Of a DNA stretch of 55,933 bases, positions 1 to 7,985 are shown in pieces (positions within the stretch are counted from its first letter, which is position 1; every line of letters starts with the position of its first letter). The translations under genes and the position numbers were made by a program. Under the pieces are notes generated by a model that was not told the origin of the DNA, did not search any database, and worked only from the letters and a program-made list of their open reading frames with translations. The DNA lies in IMG/VR virus record IMGVR_UViG_3300032331_000244, positions 1-55,933 of that record; one strand, written 5' to 3'. This stretch comes from a virus (lineage: Duplodnaviria > Caudoviricetes).

Positions 1-207
1 TATGCTAATAGTGCTACTCAAACAGTTCAAAGTCTTTCTGACCATACTGGTGAGTTGTTTACTGCTACTTCAGGTCCAATCGCTACAGGTAATATAGTGT
101 TCCAAAATGCTGCTCCAGTATTTACAACATTCAATACAGCAATTGCTGCTGATGCAAATGTTGCTAATGCTCAACCTTACGCAATCGTAACAATTGCAAG
201 TGCATAA
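1..207 (+). CDS. 3' end of a probable virion structural protein (partial, runs in from outside the window)
   Basis: Frame 1 is open from base 1 to TAA at 205-207 (YANSATQTVQSLSDHTGELF...AIVTIASA*); Ala/Thr/Asn-rich like the other structural genes; next ATG 2 nt later. Confidence 0.7.
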   Translation, partial: YANSATQTVQSLSDHTGELFTATSGPIATGNIVFQNAAPVFTTFNTAIAADANVANAQPYAIVTIASA

Positions 208-209
208 TC

Positions 210-524
210 ATGGCAACAGCAGCAAGTAAGGCACCTAAAATGCAACCTGAAACTGAGATAGCTATACTTCAGTTCCAAGTTAAGAGCCTCGAAGAAAAAA
301 TTGGGGAACTTAAAGTGGATCTGAAGGCACTACATGATGCGATTGAAGCCAATGCAGAAGAAACTAGAAAAATGCTAAAATCTATGCGTGAGCAAGATGT
401 TAAAGAACATGGGGAATTAGCAAACAAAATTTCAGTATTAGAAAAATGGCGATGGATGATGATGGGAGCCGGTATAATAATTGGTTCAATGGGATTCCCT
501 ACAGTGTCAGCACTGTTAAAATAA
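210..524 (+). CDS. Coiled-coil protein with C-terminal transmembrane helix (XhlA/holin-like architecture)
   Basis: Heptad-rich N-terminus, then LEKWRWMMMGAGIIIGSMGF hydrophobic segment; followed by a terminator. Confidence 0.55.
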   Translation: MATAASKAPKMQPETEIAILQFQVKSLEEKIGELKVDLKALHDAIEANAEETRKMLKSMREQDVKEHGELANKISVLEKWRWMMMGAGIIIGSMGFPTVSALLK

Positions 525-549
525 AAAAAGAGACTTAGGTCTCTTTTTT
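524..549. terminator. Bidirectional intrinsic terminator
   Basis: AAAAAAGAGAC-TTAG-GTCTCTTTTTT between convergent genes. Confidence 0.85.
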
Positions 550-951
550 TGTAAGTGTCTTTAGTTTCTCTTGCACAACATCAAAGTTTACCGTGCTAAA
601 CAATCCGGGATGTAATGGTTTAGGATATTGATTATCTCCTACCCATGCATACCCGCAATGTTCTTCATTTAATATGGGAACAAACTCATCAATTACTTCA
701 CAAAAGAATGTATGATATGTGAAAGTATGATTGATGAATTTCTGTATAGGTACTAGTTTTGCGTTAGGAGGAAACAAACCAATCTCTTCCGTACATTCTC
801 TAGCAATACCCTCAAAGAGAGTTTCATCATCTTCTATTTTACCACCGGGTATACCCCAATTGCCCGGATTCTTATTGTCAGTACGCAATAGATATAGGTA
901 ACGATTTGTTTTATTGCTATAAAAGAAAACGCCTGCGGATGTATTGCTCAT
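535..951 (-). CDS. NUDIX hydrolase
   Basis: NUDIX box GGKIEDDETLFEGIARECTEEIG; start placed at ATG 951 (MSNTSAGVFF) rather than GTG 966 because a late-promoter-like GATAAATC lies just upstream. Confidence 0.9.
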   Translation of the reverse strand: MSNTSAGVFFYSNKTNRYLYLLRTDNKNPGNWGIPGGKIEDDETLFEGIARECTEEIGLFPPNAKLVPIQKFINHTFTYHTFFCEVIDEFVPILNEEHCGYAWVGDNQYPKPLHPGLFSTVNFDVVQEKLKTLTKKET

Positions 952-970
952 ACTATGATTTATCACAGTA

Positions 971-2347
971 TTAGATTACTATAGAAAAATCCCCTGAGCC
1001 ATACCAACCTTCATAACTCTTCATCCAAGTACCGTCAACGTAACGATATTGAACATTGGTAGTCAAATTGGTTACATACTCTATTGTAGTGGGTGTGGTC
1101 TCAGTACTATCAAAACTCACAAACCATGCATCATCACTAGTACTATATTCAATAATATCATTTGCATTTGCAACTAAACTTCCCCATGCTACAGTAGTAC
1201 TACCCACCGATCCAATATAGTCGGTTAAAAGATATCTACATCCATTAACTGGTCCCGGTAAACCTGCATTTGGTCCAGTCAATTGCGGATTGATTACCCC
1301 ATCTACTGGACTTAATGTATTCTGTGGTAATGTGTCTGGATCAATATTGTATATCAACAATCTATCATCATTGGGATTAGGAACAATTGTACCTACAATG
1401 TCAGTTACCATATATGGATTTTGTAACCATATCTGACTTATTCCCGGTTTTATTGTACCTGCTACATTCAATACACTAGCCCAGTATATATCTGAGTTAG
1501 GGTTAGATGGTAAATCTAAATTATTATTTCCAGGATAAAATGCAGTAGCTTCGGGTAATATTTGTAATGTATTACCTAATAATAATACTTTATATCCATA
1601 CGGTGTAGTTTTTCCTCTCGTACCTAATAATAAATCTTCATCTTGTATATCATCAACCGCTTTAGTTGCAAAAATACTATTGATAATTTTTGCAGTAACA
1701 CTAAACTTCTTAAGTTTAGCAGGAGTGCTAATCCATATAGGCATGTAAAATTTCCATGTCAGTACATCAATTGGATTACCTGTTCCTTGCGGAATTTGCC
1801 TACTGCTAAATGTTAGTCCATCTTGATATACCACAGATAATGAAGTCCAATCAATAAAGTTATCAGTGCTTTGAATTTCCATTGCAGGATTAAATAATGT
1901 GCCTAATTGCTCTATCAATTCTAATTTTTGATTATAATTCGTAGTCCACAAATCTACATTCATACGCAACGTATAAGGAACTGGCATTAATCTTTCAACA
2001 TTAAATGCTTGCCCTTGTACTGTTTCATATGTTTGAGTTTCATTGTTGTATGAACGTTGGCGAACACTGATTACTTCAGTGTAAGTAGGATCCTGTGTTC
2101 TTTTTTGATCATATTCTAAAGCACTAATATAATAAGTTATTAGAGGAGCACTAGGTAAATTACTAGCACTGTTATTAGCTAGAATGGTTGCCGCTTGTCT
2201 GCTACTGTCACCGTACATTACAGGAACTCTTACTAGTATTAAATTACCTGCCGGATCTTTACCTTTAGTAACTTGCCAATTACTAAAAATTTTAGCAAAT
2301 TGTATTAAAAATCTGCGTATCTGATTATCATAAAAAAATTGTGCCAT
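971..2347 (-). CDS. Tail sheath stabiliser / tail terminator (T4 gp15-like) with C-terminal extension
   Basis: N-terminal FYDNQIRRFLIQFAKIFSN...VRVPVMYG and MPVPYTLRMNVDLWTTNYNQKLELIEQL motifs typical of gp15; next to a gp14-like gene. Confidence 0.75.
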   Translation of the reverse strand: MAQFFYDNQIRRFLIQFAKIFSNWQVTKGKDPAGNLILVRVPVMYGDSSRQAATILANNSASNLPSAPLITYYISALEYDQKRTQDPTYTEVISVRQRSYNNETQTYETVQGQAFNVERLMPVPYTLRMNVDLWTTNYNQKLELIEQLGTLFNPAMEIQSTDNFIDWTSLSVVYQDGLTFSSRQIPQGTGNPIDVLTWKFYMPIWISTPAKLKKFSVTAKIINSIFATKAVDDIQDEDLLLGTRGKTTPYGYKVLLLGNTLQILPEATAFYPGNNNLDLPSNPNSDIYWASVLNVAGTIKPGISQIWLQNPYMVTDIVGTIVPNPNDDRLLIYNIDPDTLPQNTLSPVDGVINPQLTGPNAGLPGPVNGCRYLLTDYIGSVGSTTVAWGSLVANANDIIEYSTSDDAWFVSFDSTETTPTTIEYVTNLTTNVQYRYVDGTWMKSYEGWYGSGDFSIVI

Positions 2348-2355
2348 TTAAATCC

Positions 2356-4068
2356 TTAAGGTTTAGGTGGTAATGGGTCGGGAGTTAGTGCTAAAATTGT
2401 AGATAATCCTTGACGTTGTGGAACGTAAACGCCATCTGTCAATTTAGTTTCTGCTGTGTTATTAATAAAGCCGGACAATTGTGATTGATTTGCTTGATTG
2501 AATCCTGTTTCGGTTCTTACTTTTTCTGATATTCTAACCCATCTTCTACCGTCCCAACGATATAGAACTTGCGGGAAATAATCAATACGTAAAAAGTAAT
2601 CTCCTACTTGAGGATTTTGAGGGAAACTTATACCAGCACCAGTTGGGAATCCATTAGGAGCTTGTCCGTCACCATCTAAGTATCCAGTAGTATATCCAAA
2701 AGAACGAGGACTACTACGTGCAATAAACTGGAATGCAGGATCACAGTCTGCACGCCAATCCATTTGAGTATTAATTACCCCAGTAAAATTAGGTGCTTCT
2801 GGGTTAGCGTCAGCAGTTGCATATGTATTATCAGCCGTACCATATGGACCGATTACTAATCCTATAGAATAAACTGATAATATTTTGTTACCACTTATTT
2901 GTCCTGAACCAGTACTTGTTCGTTCTGGTGCTAGTGAAAGAGTTTCTAAATGAGCAGTATTAAAAACATCTAGTTTTTCATAACCCATGTCAGATGTCAT
3001 ATCCCAAATACTTTTAATAGATTTCTTAGAAATTTTAATTACTGCACTTGGGTTTTTGTATTGTTTATTGCGTATCATCATAACTGTTCCAGTTGCAGTT
3101 GTAATTGGCGCACCTGTTGAATCGGTGTTAACTCCAACTGGAGGGGCAGGATTATTAATAGCGTTAGACAGAACACCGTCACTTGAATACTCCCCGTATG
3201 TAGGTACAATATATAAATTGCTATTATCATATCCTGATTTAGGTAATAATCTAGCTGCTTCTTCAAGCGCAGCATTATTAATTTCAATATTCTTATTGTA
3301 AGTAGAAAGAATATCCTTAAGATTATCTGCTGTATCTAATTGCCAGTATGCTGGGTCAGGTGGAGTAATTCCAATCGGTACATCAACTAATGATTTATAA
3401 TTTTTATCGCCAAATGTAATTACATACCCAGCTGGATAAGTTTTGTCTTTGTCCCACAATCCAAGATAGTTGTCTTGGTTAATTGGTTCTGTTAGTATTT
3501 GACTAAATTCTTCACTATCAACTAATGGCTCGCATTTGATACGCCACAAGTGCGGGAACCAAGTTGGGCTGAATCCTTCACTTGCATAGTTAGCATCGGT
3601 AATCTGCATGAATCGTTTCAACGCAGTCGGGATAGTTTCTTTTAATGGATTGTAATCAAGCAAGTGAGGCAATTCAATTACGTCACCTACCATTAATTTT
3701 CTTCCTATCAATTCAATCATGTCGTTATAATGAACAGTAATGAATATGATATCATTATCGAGGAACAAACCAAACTGACTTAAATTAAAGTCTAAATTTT
3801 GTACATTGTAATGTCCGCGTAACCGATAGATATTTGGATCATATGTTCTGTCACGGTTTTCTAAAAATAATAAATCTTGTATATTAGTCGGGGCTAATAT
3901 ATCATATTCAGGTTGAGTAGCATCAATTGACGGGCCTTGATTTGTTGGACCCATATACTTATGTACATACAAATCCGTGGCACCTGCGGTAAACTGTTCT
4001 GATATTGTTCTATCAAAAAAGTTGTAATCGTTTGTTTTATTGGGACGCCAAAGCGAGAGTCTAGGCAT
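2356..4068 (-). CDS. Neck protein (T4 gp14-like) with inserted domains
   Basis: LSQFGLFLDNDIIFITVH...GRKLMVGDVIELPHL...LWRIKCEP resembles gp14; WDKDKTYPAGYVITFGDKNY resembles a small carbohydrate-binding insert; late promoter upstream. Confidence 0.65.
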   Translation of the reverse strand: MPRLSLWRPNKTNDYNFFDRTISEQFTAGATDLYVHKYMGPTNQGPSIDATQPEYDILAPTNIQDLLFLENRDRTYDPNIYRLRGHYNVQNLDFNLSQFGLFLDNDIIFITVHYNDMIELIGRKLMVGDVIELPHLLDYNPLKETIPTALKRFMQITDANYASEGFSPTWFPHLWRIKCEPLVDSEEFSQILTEPINQDNYLGLWDKDKTYPAGYVITFGDKNYKSLVDVPIGITPPDPAYWQLDTADNLKDILSTYNKNIEINNAALEEAARLLPKSGYDNSNLYIVPTYGEYSSDGVLSNAINNPAPPVGVNTDSTGAPITTATGTVMMIRNKQYKNPSAVIKISKKSIKSIWDMTSDMGYEKLDVFNTAHLETLSLAPERTSTGSGQISGNKILSVYSIGLVIGPYGTADNTYATADANPEAPNFTGVINTQMDWRADCDPAFQFIARSSPRSFGYTTGYLDGDGQAPNGFPTGAGISFPQNPQVGDYFLRIDYFPQVLYRWDGRRWVRISEKVRTETGFNQANQSQLSGFINNTAETKLTDGVYVPQRQGLSTILALTPDPLPPKP

Positions 4069-4088
4069 ATTTATTTCACTTTATTACT

Positions 4089-4096
4089 TATTTATC
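4089..4096 (-). promoter_or_regulatory. T4-like late promoter GATAAATA for the gp14/gp15-like operon
   Basis: TATTTATC on the + strand, 20 nt upstream of ATG 4068; same motif precedes most structural genes. Confidence 0.7.
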
Positions 4097-4129
4097 GTAA
4101 ATACAGACGACCGCGTATTACCCAAACAG

Positions 4130-4158
4130 TTGACATTAAATGGTTCCTGTGTTATAAT
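4130..4158 (+). promoter_or_regulatory. Consensus sigma70 (early) promoter
   Basis: TTGACA (4130-4135), 17 nt spacer, TATAAT (4153-4158); GGAG RBS before ATG 4189. Confidence 0.9.
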
Positions 4159-4188
4159 ACGTATTCAATTGAAACTTTGGAGTAATAT

Positions 4189-5352
4189 ATGGCTAGAAAA
4201 CCGACAGAAGATCAGTTTGTAAAAGCACTCAACCCCCGGGATGCTGATACAAAATACATGGGTGAAGAACCCTTCTTCCCAATTCAGCCCGATACTGAAC
4301 AACGATTCTCGGCACTCGCCCGTAGTTTCACGTGGTACACTCGGTTCTACACTAAAAAAGATGCAAAAGAACTATTGTGCCAATATCTAGATTATAACAA
4401 ACGCACTGATGAGGCTAAGCTACTTAGAAAAGTACATGAAAGCGAATTCATTTTGACATTGTGCTGGGTATCACGCATGACAATGCGCGGCCTAGAATTG
4501 ACCGAGCATGAAGAACTCACCCTTCAAAATGAAATCAAGCGATTGGTTAAGACACTAACCGAAACGGAAGTAAAAACTAGTCAAACTAGTATTGTAAAAG
4601 AAGAAACTGTATCCACTCGCCCCAACATTCAGGAAATTTTGAAAGAAAAAGCACGAGATGCCGCAGGTGAAATGGAAGGGATGATTGACGATTTTGTTAC
4701 TAAAGGCAAAGCGTCAGAAAAGACAGTTGATATTGTAGCAAAATACAATGTCATGCCGCAACATATCCCAATCATTGTTGAAATCTGGAAACGCAAGCAA
4801 GATGAATTCCAGCGTCTAAGTGATGGTGACGAGTCGTTGAAAGAGGGTTATGCGTTTCTAGGTAAGATTCAGATTCGTAACATTCTGAAATTCATTGACG
4901 GTGTGCTAGGTGACCTGAACAGTTACATTAGCATTAAGAAAGCAAGCAAGGCTCCGCGTAAACGCAAAGCAGTCCCTGTAGAAAAGATTGTTGCTAAACT
5001 TAAGTACTTGAAATTGTTTAAGGATGTAGCAAGTAAGCTAGATTTGGTAAGTGTGCATCCCACAAAACTTCACGGTGCAAGTGAGGCGTGGGTTTACGAT
5101 ACAGGTAAGCGTAAACTGCATCACTATATTGCTGACGAGTATAGCAAAGTGTTCAGTATCAAGGGAAACACCCTGTTAGGATTTGATGCGAATACTAGCG
5201 AAATGAAAACATTGCGTAAGCCCGGTGAGCAAATTAAGGAAGTGATGGGTAGCAAGCCTGCGGCACGTAAGTATTTCAAAGATATCAAAGCAGTAGGTGC
5301 AGTTCCGAATGGAAGATTTAACGAGAATATGATTATTTTGAAAGCGTTTTAA
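4189..5352 (+). CDS. Hypothetical early protein (387 aa, basic C-terminal domain)
   Basis: Long ORF with RBS behind a perfect sigma70 promoter; no family recognised. Confidence 0.8.
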   Translation: MARKPTEDQFVKALNPRDADTKYMGEEPFFPIQPDTEQRFSALARSFTWYTRFYTKKDAKELLCQYLDYNKRTDEAKLLRKVHESEFILTLCWVSRMTMRGLELTEHEELTLQNEIKRLVKTLTETEVKTSQTSIVKEETVSTRPNIQEILKEKARDAAGEMEGMIDDFVTKGKASEKTVDIVAKYNVMPQHIPIIVEIWKRKQDEFQRLSDGDESLKEGYAFLGKIQIRNILKFIDGVLGDLNSYISIKKASKAPRKRKAVPVEKIVAKLKYLKLFKDVASKLDLVSVHPTKLHGASEAWVYDTGKRKLHHYIADEYSKVFSIKGNTLLGFDANTSEMKTLRKPGEQIKEVMGSKPAARKYFKDIKAVGAVPNGRFNENMIILKAF

Positions 5353-5353
5353 A

Positions 5354-5542
5354 ATGCAAAAGAAAGAAGTAAGAGATCGTATGTCTGAAATAATGGTCTT
5401 GATCGACAAGTCAATTGAATTGACTGATGATAGGAATGAAATGCTAATGTTAGCCTGTTGTATGCTACAGCGTACAAATGAAATTTTTAACAGCACATTA
5501 GGTGTTGAAGGTAGAAAACAAATGTTTAAGGATTATGTATGA
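5354..5542 (+). CDS. Hypothetical protein
   Basis: Tightly packed in the operon; ATGA overlap with the next gene. Confidence 0.7.
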   Translation: MQKKEVRDRMSEIMVLIDKSIELTDDRNEMLMLACCMLQRTNEIFNSTLGVEGRKQMFKDYV

Positions 5543-5985
5543 AGATTGATTTAAATAAATACCAAGAGTTTGTCGCGGCAGTTACTAGTGAGACTAGTAC
5601 TAACTTGACTGCATTCATGGATACATGCGATAGGATTGATGCTAACTACGAACTAGATGCATCAGACAATCAAATGAAGTATGGCCCTGATATCAATGTG
5701 CCACTGTTAATCACTGCATGTTTCGGTTTAGCCGCAGAAAGTGGTGAGTTTATTGAAGTGCCCAAGAAGATACTTTTTCAAGGAAAAGCACTTACCGATG
5801 ATGCTGTTTATCATATGAAACGAGAATTAGGCGATGTTATGTGGTATTGGATTAATGCTTGTCGTGCATTGAACCTAGACCCTAACGAAGTGATTGCCGA
5901 GAATATTCGCAAGCTAGAATCACGCTATCCCGGTGGACAGTTTGATGCACACTACAGCGAGAATCGCAAAGACGGCGACTTGTAA
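5539..5985 (+). CDS. mazG: MazG-like nucleotide pyrophosphohydrolase
   Basis: GLAAESGEFIEVPKK...KRELGDVMWY...NIRKLESRYP, the typical phage MazG signature. Confidence 0.9.
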   Translation: MKIDLNKYQEFVAAVTSETSTNLTAFMDTCDRIDANYELDASDNQMKYGPDINVPLLITACFGLAAESGEFIEVPKKILFQGKALTDDAVYHMKRELGDVMWYWINACRALNLDPNEVIAENIRKLESRYPGGQFDAHYSENRKDGDL

Positions 5986-5998
5986 TACTAGGACAAGT

Positions 5999-6032
5999 GT
6001 GTTACCTGATAAATAGTATTATTAGGTAACAC
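5999..6032 (+). promoter_or_regulatory. Late promoter GATAAATA (6008-6015) inside an RBS-sequestering hairpin
   Basis: GTGTTACCT (5999-6007) is the exact reverse complement of AGGTAACAC (6024-6032), which contains the RBS of the gene at 6035. Confidence 0.75.
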
Positions 6033-6034
6033 TT

Positions 6035-6832
6035 ATGTCAACATATCCAACCGCTAGTCCTCTTTCTACCCCAACTGGTTTAACCTTATCAGAGTTAAAA
6101 GAGTTACTATTTACCAATCTTAGATATCGTCTTGGTGACGGAATCATTGATATTGAATTGGATCCTCAGCATTATGAGGCAGCGTACAATTACGCTATTA
6201 AGGTCTATCGTCAACGGGCACAAGCGGCAACGGAAGAATCTTATATTCTAATGACCATTGAGAAGAATGTAGATACTTACACTCTCCCTGCTGAGTTTAT
6301 TAATGTAAGAAGTATTTTCCGTAGAACAATCGGGTTAGAAACAGGTCCATCAAGCAGCAGTTTTGACCCGTTCAGTAGTGCTATTTTGAACACATATCTT
6401 CTCAACTATAACTATGCAGGTGGTATGGCAACATATGACTTTTATGCTGGTTATGTTGAGTTAGCAGCACGTATGTTCGGTGGTTATGTAACATACACAT
6501 TCAATCCAGTGTCTAAAGTATTGCGTATTGTTCGTGATCCAAAAGGATCCGGTGAGCGTGTATTGATATGGGCCGATGTACAAAAGACAGAAGAAATACT
6601 ATTACAGGACCCAGGTGCTGGTGTATGGATTGGTGACTTCATTCTAGCTAATCTTAAATTGATTATAGGTGAAGCCCGTGAGAAGTTTGGAACTATCGCA
6701 GGTCCAGGTGGTGGTACAACATTGAATGGTACTGCTATGAAAGCAGAAGGCAAAGCTGCAATGGAATTATTGATTGAAGAATTGAAGAAATATGTAGATT
6801 ACAGTCAACCATTGACATGGGTACAAGGCTAA
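6035..6832 (+). CDS. Neck protein (T4 gp13-like head-tail adaptor)
   Basis: YRLGDGIIDIELDPQHY...REKFGTIAGPGGGTTLNGTAMKAEG resembles gp13 (LG..I.IE / KF....PGG.TLNG). Confidence 0.8.
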   Translation: MSTYPTASPLSTPTGLTLSELKELLFTNLRYRLGDGIIDIELDPQHYEAAYNYAIKVYRQRAQAATEESYILMTIEKNVDTYTLPAEFINVRSIFRRTIGLETGPSSSSFDPFSSAILNTYLLNYNYAGGMATYDFYAGYVELAARMFGGYVTYTFNPVSKVLRIVRDPKGSGERVLIWADVQKTEEILLQDPGAGVWIGDFILANLKLIIGEAREKFGTIAGPGGGTTLNGTAMKAEGKAAMELLIEELKKYVDYSQPLTWVQG

Positions 6833-6891
6833 CCTAAATGCTTTATATTGTCATGTCCCTGTAATATAATAAGTACTTATAGGAGCATTAC

Positions 6892-7551
6892 ATGATTATA
6901 GGTATCACTGGTTTAATTGGTTCAGGCAAAGACACAATTGCTGATTATCTGACAACTTACCAGGGATTCAAACGAGTTAGTTTTGCTGCTAGTCTTAAAG
7001 ATGCAGTAGCAGCAGTCTTTGGTTGGGACCGAGAATACTTAGAAGGTACAACAAAAGCTAGCCGAGTGTGGCGTGAACAAAAAGACGAGTGGTGGAGTAA
7101 TCGTTTAGGAATGGACATTACACCTAGATGGATACTACAGTATTGGGGCACAGATGTATGCCGCAATCATTTTCACAATGATATTTGGGTAGCAAGTGTA
7201 GAACACAAATTAATAAATACCAAAGAAGATATTGTAATTACAGACTGTAGATTTAGTAATGAAGTCGCTGCTATCAAAAATGCAGGTGGCGTGGCACTTA
7301 GGGTAAAGCGTGGTCCTGACCCAAAATGGTATGATGCTGCGGTAGCATATAATAGAGGACCAGATGGGAATAGTAGTTGGTCAGTAAGCAAAACTAAACT
7401 AGATAGATTAAAAATTCATGCTAGCGAGTATAGTAGTATAGGATTAAAATACGATTACATTGTTGAGAATAATGGTACAATTGACGAGTTACACAATCAG
7501 ATTTACGAGATTGTTAATAGTCAATCTCTAAATCTCCCCGACGCCATGTAA
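6892..7551 (+). CDS. Deoxynucleoside monophosphate kinase (T4 gp1-like)
   Basis: IIGITGLIGSGKDT P-loop, FAASLKD, TPRWILQYWGTD, ITDCRFSNE, HASE motifs. Confidence 0.9.
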   Translation: MIIGITGLIGSGKDTIADYLTTYQGFKRVSFAASLKDAVAAVFGWDREYLEGTTKASRVWREQKDEWWSNRLGMDITPRWILQYWGTDVCRNHFHNDIWVASVEHKLINTKEDIVITDCRFSNEVAAIKNAGGVALRVKRGPDPKWYDAAVAYNRGPDGNSSWSVSKTKLDRLKIHASEYSSIGLKYDYIVENNGTIDELHNQIYEIVNSQSLNLPDAM

Positions 7552-7867
7552 CATCTTTTTTCTTAACTACTTCCACGCAGTTTAGACAAATACTGCGTAG
7601 ATTGGTTTGCTCGGTGTTTTCTAAATTCCCGTCAATGTGAAACACAGTTATCTGTGTCGTAAACATACTCTTAAAACCACATAAATCACATGTGGTTTTT
7701 TTCTTGTATCCACTCTTAGTCCAATTGGCTTTGCGTGGCTTTAACTTGTTCTTTTTCCTACCACACTCATCACATATGCTTCTATAGTGAGTAATCCCCT
7801 CACGTTTGTAATTTACTGCGGTTAAATTTTTGTTACATTTTTTGCAGATAGGGCGTTGTAATAACAT
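7514..7867 (-). CDS. Zn-finger / HNH-like protein
   Basis: Four CxxC pairs and HIDGNLENTEQTNLRSICLNC; the final HNH His is absent. Confidence 0.7.
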   Translation of the reverse strand: MLLQRPICKKCNKNLTAVNYKREGITHYRSICDECGRKKNKLKPRKANWTKSGYKKKTTCDLCGFKSMFTTQITVFHIDGNLENTEQTNLRSICLNCVEVVKKKDVTWRRGDLEIDY

Positions 7868-7871
7868 AATG

Positions 7872-7879
7872 TATTTATA
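7872..7879 (-). promoter_or_regulatory. Late promoter TATAAATA, 4 nt from the ATG of the HNH-like gene
   Basis: TATTTATA on the + strand; exact T4 late consensus. Confidence 0.6.
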
Positions 7880-7925
7880 GTGGAACCTTCGAAGGTACGG
7901 TTATACCGACTTTTTTGATTTTATT

Positions 7926-7933
7926 CATAAATA
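7926..7933 (+). promoter_or_regulatory. Late promoter CATAAATA for the tail sheath gene
   Basis: Motif about 50 nt upstream of ATG 7986; AAGGA RBS follows. Confidence 0.65.
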
Positions 7934-7985
7934 ATAGTATGCAATTAGGTTGTAAACCTCAAAATTTTACTAAAGGAAAAATAAA

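Noticed and set aside
6842-6870. Possible sigma70 promoter before the dNMP kinase gene
   Set aside because: TATAAT is present but TTGTCA is only 11 nt away and the correctly spaced -35 is poor; not called
7514-7867. HNH-like gene as a mobile homing endonuclease or intron
   Set aside because: Free-standing, does not interrupt a gene, lacks the final His, and has no flanking intron structure
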